A stretch of DNA of 20,000 nt from the NCBI GenBank assembly GCA_000934665.2, contig KZ538084.1, positions 109,629 to 129,628 of the forward strand, in the 5' to 3' direction. Origin of the DNA: Catajapyx aquilonaris (lineage: Eukaryota). Shown piece by piece: positions 11,681 through 20,000 of the stretch (positions within the stretch are counted from its first letter, which is position 1; the number at the start of each line of letters is the position of its first letter). Below the pieces are notes generated by a model that was not told the origin of the DNA, ran no database searches, and was given only the letters and a program-made list of their open reading frames with translations. The translations under genes and the position numbers were made by a program.

Positions 11681-13381
11681 TAGAGATGTGGCGTCTATTG
11701 AGCCTTTAGCAACAATGTTCCAATCAGATCACTAGATATAATAATGGATACAACTTTTCGCAGCTTTAATGGAAGTATAAGAAAACATATCCATTTCTTC
11801 AAGTTCAAGAGGCTGTTATTTCCATGGAAGTGCCTCGTGCACAACATTAGGGGCATGTAGAAGGGTTAACTCCAGAAATCCCTCTCTTAAATCAGAGGTG
11901 GGTTGCCTTGTGACTGTGTCATATACTGGATCACATACAAAAGGGGAGGGTGGAAGGGAGGTAATGTTCTGGTCCGTAAGCACCGTCAGGACTCCGGATG
12001 GGAAAACCGTCCTGGGTATGAATTTTGTGTTCCAAACGACGGAGCCCCCTGCTTCCTTGTGCAGCATTATTGTGGCACACATTAGAATGCAGACATTAGT
12101 AGGGGGGAGAGGGGAGATCTCCCGGGATGAGGCCACAGATGAGGAGGATTCTGGCCACCACAATGAGATTCTGGCGGAGGTCACATCCTCGTTTTTGTTA
12201 CCACGTCACCAGCGGTGTAATTCCGAATAAATTTGTGGGTATACGCAAGGGTAGAGGAGGCTTATGCGGTCCTTCGATGAAATTAGTCCACCAGGACTAT
12301 GTCTTGTAAAAAATGATGGAAGTGGGATTTTACATATCCCTATTGCACCCCATGTCACCATAGGGTGGCTTTTGTGTTTTTTTTATTCACCTGCGTCTGC
12401 CTTCCTCTTGTCACAAGACAAATGAGACAGTCGACGAGTAACATGACTGTTCTCTTCAGACGCGGAAAGGAACCATCGCATTAGAAGGCTACATGGGCCA
12501 CATCCTGACAGGAGGCGGTGATGCCTCCGAATTACTTGGCTCCAGTCTTGCAGCTCCCCGGGGTCCGATACATACGAAACTTTCCAATTTATGGCACGGT
12601 CCCCCGGCTGCATCCACCGGACAACCCCTTGCTTGACTCAATATCTTGACTCCGAAACAGATTCAATTTTGCAGACCTGTTCTGACGGATATCTTCATGA
12701 ACTGAACCTAACCAGCAGGATGTTCTGAGAATTTCTGTTCCGATATGGAATACTAATATTATTGTGATGCCTACAGGAGCGTCGCTTATGAACTGACTAC
12801 TAGTATTAGCCTAACAGAAGCAATACAGCACAATATTATATATGAGAATTTTTATGGAGTCGCAATAAGGAAAATGGCTCCCTGAGGCGGAATGTGAAGA
12901 CATCAGGTATGCAATGCTTCATCGTTGGCCAAGTATATGATATAATGCATATTGGTTATTTTTTAAAGAAGTTGGGGAGGGAAGAACGAGGACAAGGCCT
13001 CTCAAAAAATCCGGGTCCATATCGTTCCCTCACGCGTCGTCGGATATATGGCTGTTCATTCTCAGCGTCGGGGACAATGGTGTATTAAGAGGAATAATTT
13101 AGAGCTAAATATGATGAATTAACGACGCGTGTTCCTGCGTGCCTTCTCACCGCCTATGCCATTAGAAACAGGGCCGCAGGAATGCAAAGAATGAGCCTAT
13201 TCCGCAGACGGGAAGCAACGCTCGAGAATACCAATTGCCTACTGCACAAAGGCTGCCAAGTAGACGCAAAAATAAAAATAATTCCAAAAAAGGGGTCTCC
13301 TGAATGCAGCGTCAATTTAGCTTCCAGCCTACTTTAAGTATATGTTACTTAAAGTTTCAATTTTAATTAATATAGGACAAG

Positions 13382-13610
13382 TACAAAAAATTCAGCTGAA
13401 CATTCAACCAATTTGGAAAGGTAGTTCCTGCCAAACATTTGGTTGAAGTAACCAAATTAGTTTGGTTGTTGTTCAATACAAATATTTGATTGATGCAACC
13501 AACATACGGGTTACCGTGACATGTTTTGGCTATGTTGACTAAATATTTGGTTGAAACAATCACATACTCGTCAATAAAATAGTTTTGGTTACTTCAATTT
13601 TTCAAATGTA
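13382..13610. mobile_element. MITE family 2, copy 1 (AT-rich, built from AACCAAA/TTTGGTTGAA palindromic units)
   Basis: Multiple ttcaaccaa / tttggttgaa units; right end ...ttcaatttttcaaatg|ta whose reverse complement matches the left end of the copy at 14815. Left boundary approximate. Confidence 0.65.
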
Positions 13611-14710
13611 CTTTTATGATAAAGCCATTTTTGTGCATTCTGATGCCAAGAAAGACGTAGTGGAAAAGGCGTCTGGCCAACAACACATCCTCCAGAAATG
13701 CCTAAAGTAATCAACCCCAGCCATAATGATTTGGCGGTGAGCAGTGATAAGTTCGACTTTAATTTTAATCTGGGCGCTTTTAATTACAGCCGGATTACAG
13801 CCTGTCCCGTTTTCATCCTAGACTCATTAGCATGGCGATTATATAAACTAGAAACCGGTTTAATTTATGGTTTTAAATTATTTTGCCACCTCAATTAACA
13901 AATTAACTTTTGGGCAGCCCTTTTTTTTCACAGCCCACCATTTCTCTCTCTTTTTTTGTGTAGGGTGTACCCCATCTGCGGATAGGCGAAGGTTTTCTCC
14001 TTCGTGCAATCTTAGACGAACCGTATAAATAGCGGGCGTGCCATGATATGGAAGAAAAGGAAACTAATCCTCCGTGCAGAATCGAATTCTAATCCTCTCT
14101 GAAAAGGCGAAGCTTCTGTAGAAATCCATTCACCACTAATATGTACAGTACACTCAATCTAGCTTCTCTCCACAATGTTGGATATAAGAGTCTGGGGAGT
14201 TAAAAGAAAGCAAGCCAAAACTCGTTAGAAGCCAGGTAAAAAAAAATTGCAGTGCACATCTGATCATACTTGCAGTGTATTTATCTGTATGGATCATGCC
14301 GGTAGAAATCCCTAGTGTGTATAATTTTGTACGGTTTGTAGCTACCTTCCGCCATGAATATGTAATATCATTGCTAACCTGTAACGCTTGCAATTCTCGG
14401 CATAGCAGCACAGAGCGCCATTTAACTGTCGCATTAGATTATCATTTATCATATGTGAAATTACACGGTAGCGTCATTTTGGGTCCAATGTCCAGGCTGA
14501 GCTTACAGTCTATACTGCCAATGTAAGGCATGAATTTGTGGGAAGGTTCCGTAACTAGAGTATTTGAAGTTGACATTAAACCCTTTTAGATGACCAGTAA
14601 TCTAGTGTCACAGTAATGACTGCTGACTCTGTGGGTTACAGTTGTCGAGCTTGATTATATGTCCAGCCCATGGTTTTAGAATACTCAGGTTAGGTCACTC
14701 CCACCTACCC

Positions 14711-14764
14711 CCTGACGGGGTGTTTTGCAGCAATTGAGCACCCGCCGCAAAACACCCCAGCAGG
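14711..14764. repeat. Inverted repeat / hairpin with 12-bp perfect core
   Basis: GGGGTGTTTTGC (14717-14728) pairs with GCAAAACACCCC (14747-14758); closed by CCTG (14711-14714) / CAGG (14761-14764). Confidence 0.85.
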
Positions 14765-14814
14765 TGATAACATCAGAAGGTAGTAAGAGTGTCCGTGGGC
14801 TGGTCCAGCCTATA

Positions 14815-14931
14815 CATTAGAAAAACCGAACTGATTGAAGTCACCATAAGAATACTATGTATTCATTATTTCAACCAAAATATTTGGTTGAATGAAACAT
14901 CTTTTGGTTCGTTCAACTAAAATTTTAAATG
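14815..14931. mobile_element. MITE family 2, copy 2 (short deletion derivative, TA-flanked)
   Basis: ta|cattagaaaaa ... aattttaaatg|ta; internal palindrome TTCAACCAAA-ata-TTTGGTTGAA at 14870-14892; same units as 13382-13610. Confidence 0.65.
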
Positions 14932-16306
14932 TAGATATGGACCCCCTTGTAGAATGATGATATTCGCTTCGTGTATCCGTACGACTCGATTCTGCTTAGT
15001 TAGTTCCAAATCCATCATCGGTTGCATTGCTTGGGCTCTTTTTGAGTTCAATTTTTAGTGCATCGGGGGCGTACAGTTCATGGATGTGTGTTGGAGCGTT
15101 TAACTTTTTGCCCGCTCATTTTCCACGGTTGCATAGGCGAACAGCTGGAATTGCTCTGTGTTAAGTAATTAATCATTACAATCCTATAACCCTCCCCTTC
15201 TGCCTCCCTTCCCATCAACAAGTATTGTGACTGCTGATGGTATGCTATAGTCTTGAAATATTTATCGGTTTTAAATAGCAATAATGTTTTCTATTAACCT
15301 GGGCGTGGGAAACCCCGCCGCTTCATTTAAGACAACGTGTTTTAAGCCCATCTCAGGTGATGAAACAGCCCCTAAAAATTGATGTTGAAAGGGACAAAAA
15401 AAAAAACCTGAACCTTCCCGATCATCTCACACGTCCTCTTAGCCATGTGTTAAATTAGCCAACACTTATTTAAAGGATAATTACTTATAACCTGAAGTGT
15501 AGATAACCAAAGTGTTTACAGGCCAAGCTTGCATGGAAATGTTAGGGTTCAAACCGGCAATTCATTCAATAGGTTTATAGAGCAATTTATCATCGTGTGC
15601 TCACACAGAATATTAAACAGACAATGTTGATTCTGTTCAAATCCGGTGGCCATATTTGTTAATGGCAGGTTTTTTTTTAGTAGGACAGAAATGCAAGAGA
15701 GGTCACTGTTCTCTATATGCGATTTTTTTTAAAAGCATATTAGTCGGACATGTTTTAGATTGTGCATCCATTTGGAATCGCACATCCCTAACAAATTGGA
15801 GTAATTTGGTATCCAAATCGGGATAGAAAATTTACGTCTGATGCTGGAATTTATAAGGATTAATCATTCCTTAAATCCCCAATGAGGCGAAGCCTGCCGG
15901 GCAAGAAGTAAACAAATTTAGCCAAGCTTGCCTTCCGAATGAGGGCATATCATCTTCCCCCAACTTGGGTCGTGATTCCTCATGAGTCTTCCTCGATTTA
16001 GGAAATTTTTGTCATCTTTTAATGCTCCCACAACTCCCGCTAGTGCAGTGGATAGCCTTAAAAAACGAGTTTCAAGGAGCTAGAAGTGGAGTTAATCAGA
16101 ATTTACTGGACTGTGCTGTTGCTAATTAAACCTCGGTAATTAATGCAATCTTTTTTGCAGTCTAGTAATTAAACTGTATAATATTGGTACGAATTTCATG
16201 TGAGGGTATAACATATCGAAAGTGGGACGTTGCATATGGGTGGTGTTATCACCTGTTTTAAGCTTGGGTTTAAGGTTGGGAAGTACGGCGATATGTAAGG
16301 GAGCTT

Positions 16307-16836
16307 TTATTATTTATTATTTACTAGCTGCGGCACCCGGCGTTACCCGGGAAGAAATGAATGCAGGGAAAACACCTGCCAGTACCCCCGTCAACTGTCT
16401 GTCTTTCTGTGTGTCTGGCCACCAATGCCATCTGTGATTCTGCTACTCCAACACCTCCATCCTCTCCCGGCCTGGGGGTGGAGCACAGATGGCAGGCAAA
16501 TGACAGTTGGCAGGCGGACAGACAGACAGAGTCACAAACGGCTTTATTTATCTAGATTATTTTAAACCCGTGATAGGGCGGAGACCTTTTAGGGGGGTGG
16601 CATACCACCGTCAGTTTTCTGACTCTTACCACAGGGTGGGGCTAAGGATATAGGGACGGAAGAAAGCGGCTGTGGCCTATTTTTACGGAAACGACCCCGG
16701 AATTATCCTGGGGGGGGGGGGGACCGTGGGAAACCACAGAAAACCAGGGTCAGAGTCGCCGGCACCGGGATTCGAACCCAGGACCTCCCGATTAGCAGAC
16801 GGACTCCAAATCTACTACACCAACCTGCTTCGGTTG
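16307..16836 (-). mobile_element. tRNA-derived SINE, family S1 copy 1 (tail interrupted by a Helitron)
   Basis: Minus-strand B box GGTTCGAATCC (16768-16778); body homologous to 16887-17164; TSD atgtaagggagctt (16293-16306) / atgttagggagctt (16837-16850), 13 of 14 identical; A-rich tail split between 16557-16566 and 16307-16323. Body resembles my recollection of the insect Lm1-type SINE central region. Confidence 0.9.
16324..16556 (-). mobile_element. Non-autonomous Helitron (233 bp)
   Basis: Minus strand starts 5'-TC (TCTAGATAAATAAAG), ends CTAG-3', inserted between A and T with no TSD; subterminal hairpin CCCGG-gtaacg-CCGGG (16336-16351) 8 nt before CTAG; (CTGT)n tract near the 5' end as in Lep1-like insect Helitrons. 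Confidence 0.88.
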
Positions 16837-16886
16837 ATGTTAGGGAGCTTATTCGCCAAAAGTGAACTTTTTAGATAATCTTTTCT

Positions 16887-17164
16887 AACCGAAGCAGGTT
16901 GGGGTAGCCGGTAGGGGATAAGGAGCCCGCCTGCTAATCGGGAGGTCCTGGGTTCGAATCCCGGGGCCGGCCACCCTGACCATGGTTTTCTGTGGTTTTC
17001 CATGGTCTCCTCCAGGACAATTCCGAGGTCGTTTCCGCAAAAATAGGCTATAGCCTCCTTCTTCCTTTCCTATCCCTGGTCCCATTCAATGGTGGTAATC
17101 CACCCCCCTAAGGGAGCCAAAGGCTCTAGCACGGGGTATGATTTTAAAAAATAATAAAAATAAA
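16887..17164 (+). mobile_element. tRNA-derived SINE, family S1 copy 2
   Basis: A-box-like TGGGGTAGCCGG, anticodon-loop-like CTGCTAA, B box GGTTCGAATCC (16951-16961); A-rich tail; probable TSD aatcttttcta (16877-16887) / aatattttcta (17165-17175), 10 of 11 identical. Confidence 0.9.
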
Positions 17165-17180
17165 AATATTTTCTACAAAT

Positions 17181-17366
17181 TGTGCTGTCCCCTCACCAGA
17201 TGGCAGGAGGGCGTCTGGGCGCTCTGGAATGGGGAAAGTGCTCTTGTACTATCAGTCGTGTTTAAGTCCGACTTCGGCCCGGTCTAATAAACGGTTGCTA
17301 CGTATCCTTTGTTATTGGACCACGACCACGACCGACCTTGCGAGGTCAGACGGATGACCTCTCACA
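17181..17366 (+). mobile_element. Short solo LTR (copy B, 186 bp), same family as 4269-4464
   Basis: TGTG...CACA termini; AATAAA at 17286-17291; terminal hairpin GAGGTCA-gacgga-TGACCTC; flanks AAAT / AATA (imperfect 4-bp TSD); colinear similarity to copy A. Confidence 0.7.
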
Positions 17367-18283
17367 AATATTGTAGTCAACTTGTCCCAATTTGGACCAT
17401 GTTCACACAAATATTTCTTACACTGCTTCTATACGGTCCATTTTTCACTAGGCACTAGAACCTATTTCTCCAGGATATTATCATAGCTGTGTACAAAAAG
17501 CCTATAGCCAACTCTTATAAGAGCAACTAAAGCGGAACCGTTCCAGACTTTAACTCTGCTTGGTCATCTTCCCAGCTAAATCTAACAGTAGAAAAAAAAG
17601 GAAGAGAGAGACAGAGAAATCAAGAGTTAGAAAAAAAAACACGAACTAGGGAGGAAAAATAGAGGGAAAAAAGTAGAAAAAGTAGAGCGGCAGCAACTCC
17701 AGTGCTAACCATCTGCTCCTGAGCAGCAGAGGCAGGAAATGGCTGGGCGGTCCACTGTACGTTGCAAGATTTCCATCCAAGCTTCATTCCAACCCACCCA
17801 TATTCCCCATATTCCAGACAACGCCGGAAAAGTGGGGAGAGGAGGGGGTAGGGAGGAAGGGAGGGAGGAAAAAAAAAAAGTCCGCAGAGACTGGCTGCCA
17901 GCGCGGTGTCATATTCCACAATTTCAATCCGATCAGTGTCATTCCCAGACTCGCATGCAATAGGCTCAATTCACTTCTTGAAGTGTGGCAATGCTGCAAG
18001 ATGGACGCATCTTATCCCCCGATATCCAGAGTATGATGGTAATTAATTAGATATCTGTCGGCTTAATCCAGACTCTGATTCGGTAGGAGAAGGATAGCCA
18101 CATAGCTAGATGGTGCTGCATTTATGTCACCTTCAGTATAATTTTCGCAGATTGTCCGATAGCCTACAATCATAATCTTGAAGATTGAATCGATCAGACA
18201 TTATACAGGGTGTTCCAAGATCGTTGGCCGTTTTTATAACTGATATCATCTAAAGAGTTTTGTGTACTTGTGTAGCTTGTTGT

Positions 18284-18481
18284 TCACCCGACATGCCGGG
18301 GCAGAATTGCACTCCTTACTCTGCCCAGGGCCAGGAGAAAAGGCCTGGTGTTTAAAGAATGTCAGAAATGACTACCGCACAGCGCCTTCCCTTGGGAACC
18401 TCCCCTTCCCCCCTAAGAGGGCCTCGGGCCCTATCACGGGGTATTTAAAATAAAAATAAATAAATAAATAAATAAATAAAA
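18284..18481 (+). mobile_element. 5'-truncated retroposon (LINE 3' UTR or SINE tail) with (TAAA)n tail
   Basis: Ends in ccccctaagagggcctcgggccctatcacggggtat plus (TAAA)n; flanked by direct repeat tagcttgttgt (18273-18283 and 18492-18502); body unrelated to the other SINEs. Confidence 0.75.
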
Positions 18482-18619
18482 GTAGGGCCTATAGCTTGTT
18501 GTGCCCCGATCCAGGTTTCTCATTACTCCCAGGAGGTGGAATATAGCAGTTTCTATAGAATGAGGCACCTGGTCAGGGGCACCAGAAGCTACAAAAAATA
18601 ACTATTTCAGGCCAATCAG

Positions 18620-18702
18620 GCGATATCAGTTATAAAAAAAACAAGATGGGCAAATCACGCGCGTGATTTGCCCATCTTGTTTTTACGTATAACTGATATC
18701 GC
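18620..18702. repeat. Spacer-less palindrome inside the Tc1/mariner-type element
   Basis: 48-bp perfect palindrome 18637-18684 centred on CACGC|GCGTG, extended by a second perfect 15-bp pair gcgatatcagttata (18620-18634) / tataactgatatcgc (18688-18702). Confidence 0.97.
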
Positions 18703-18950
18703 GTGAAAGAGTGATTCGATGAGACTAGTTCTCATTCTTTTAAGTATGAGCATATGAATCAATATATCGATACCGAGATGTCGTAGCCTAGGCAGCGTAT
18801 CGATTCCAGTATCGCCCTGGGCGATAATATCATGGCGGTCGAGAATGCTCGTCGCAAACATGCCCAACTTCCAGAGCGCCAGGTAAAACCCGGGGTTACT
18901 CCCCGACACCCTTGGTCAGGAATCCAGGAAATTTCGAAATCCAACGATAA

Positions 18951-19192
18951 TTCCACCTCTAAGGTCCCGAGTTCGATCCCCGGATCGGACAGATGATGAT
19001 TATGTGGATAGAGTTTCGATGGGTTCTCTCTGTGTTCGCGTGGGTTTTCTCGGGGTGCCTCCACTATCAAAATCCATCACAGCAAAGGCAATGATTAAAG
19101 TCGGTCAATTAAAAAGATGATCCTCTAAAAAGCCCAAGGAGGCTTATCACGGGGTATCCACCATCATCATCATCGTCGTCGTTGTTGTTGTT
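18951..19192 (+). mobile_element. 5'-truncated tRNA-derived SINE, family S2, with V-domain-like body
   Basis: Perfect 14-bp TSD aaatccaacgataa (18937-18950 / 19193-19206); B-box GAGTTCGATCCC; body tgtggatagagtttcgatgggttctctctgtgttcgcgtgggttttctcggggtgc resembles the recalled V-SINE central domain; ends in ...atcacggggtat plus a trinucleotide tail. Confidence 0.85.
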
Positions 19193-20000
19193 AAATCCAA
19201 CGATAACCCGCCTGTAACGTAGACTTGTGCGGATAGAGTGAACCCGGAAAACCGGAAGTGGCGGGTCACCTGAAGTTGACCATGACACCTATTTAGGTCA
19301 CGCTTAATCCGAATCTGAAAACCGTTTGTCGCTATCTCTTGTGGTTGACGCCCTGATACCTGTCCATAGACGGACGGACAGAGCCGTTGTATAAGACTTT
19401 TTTTCTATGCGAAAAACTTTTTCAGGCAATATCAGTTATAAAAAAACGACCCACGAACTTGGACCACCCTGTATAGAAAAGTATAGGGTGATCATGATTG
19501 TACAAAGGGTAAGCAATGAATATAAAACGCTGTATGGAGTATTATCTGGTCCACTCAAGGCTGGCAGACTCTTTCCAACTTGCATGGCGTTCTAAAGCAC
19601 CGCTCCAAAATCTTAAATGAGGTAAGATTTCAAGTGAAATTTCCTCTTTCTAAGGTTCCCTCCTTCGCTGCCGCTGACAATCTCATTATTTCCCCATTTT
19701 TTTTCTCCCTCTCCACCTCTCCACCCTCTCAGCTCTTCTCCTGCAGTCGTCTTCGTTTTTCCTGCTGGTACCATCAGAAACCGAAGCATGAACCTCGATG
19801 TGGGTCCGCTAATAACGCTTCCCCATCTAGGTTTTTGGTGGGGTTCTCCTTGGGCTCATCTCCACCGAGCTTTATTTTCTTCGAGTTAAGGGACACAGCT
19901 GGTGCCATCTCACTTGATTATCTATAGGTCCCGGCTCCGTAATTCTGCAGCTGGTCATGGCCGGACAAGTGACAATGACTCACTTTTGTACTTTTTTGTA

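Larger units (their letters stand above)
18206..19471. mobile_element. Non-autonomous Tc1/mariner-type DNA transposon with two nested retroposons
   Basis: TA|CAGGGTGTTCCAAGATCGTTGGCCGTTTTTATAACTGATAT at the left end and ATATCAGTTATAAAAAAACGACCCACGAACTTGGACCACCCTG|TA at the right end: about 40-bp imperfect TIRs with TA duplication (18204-18205, 19472-19473). No intact transposase ORF. Confidence 0.88.

Noticed and set aside
16887..16973. Functional tRNA gene
   Set aside because: Head continues into a shared SINE body with tail and TSD; cloverleaf is degenerate.
17600..17880. Purine-rich and G-rich tracts (also 1617-1635 and 2067-2094) as G-quadruplex or triplex elements
   Set aside because: Low-complexity sequence is common in such genomes and nothing here supports function.
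18700..18909. Minus-strand ORF with NPGFYLALW as a mariner transposase C-terminus
   Set aside because: Only a vague resemblance to the SPDLNP.DF.LW motif; no other catalytic motifs.
263..19927. All ORFs in the supplied six-frame track as genes
   Set aside because: All are 172 aa or shorter, overlap on both strands, include microsatellite-derived runs, and show no recognisable domain; consistent with chance ORFs.

Overview
Eukaryotic, essentially non-coding window (large intron or intergenic region) from an invertebrate genome, most likely an arthropod judging by the repeat types (inference). None of the supplied ORFs looks like a real gene and no exon could be supported. What can be read directly is a layered set of mobile elements: two head-to-head tRNA-derived SINEs (one with a 233-bp Helitron inserted in its tail), a 5'-truncated SINE with a V-domain-like body, a further 5'-truncated retroposon, two diverged short solo LTRs of one family, a TA-flanked Tc1/mariner-type non-autonomous element carrying a 48-bp perfect palindrome and two nested retroposons, two MITE families with two copies each, and a heavily decayed coding fossil resembling the XPG-like domain of Academ transposons. 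The most notable signals are (1) a 3' RNA module with a covarying hairpin shared by four retroposon copies with three unrelated bodies, (2) a CTCF-like motif kept in both diverged LTRs, (3) a Su(H) site + E(spl)-type E-box + TATA cluster at 4.74-4.83 kb, and (4) an excess of TAGGCCTA-type words, one apparently inserted inside a target-site duplication. Family names are from recalled consensus features, not database searches.
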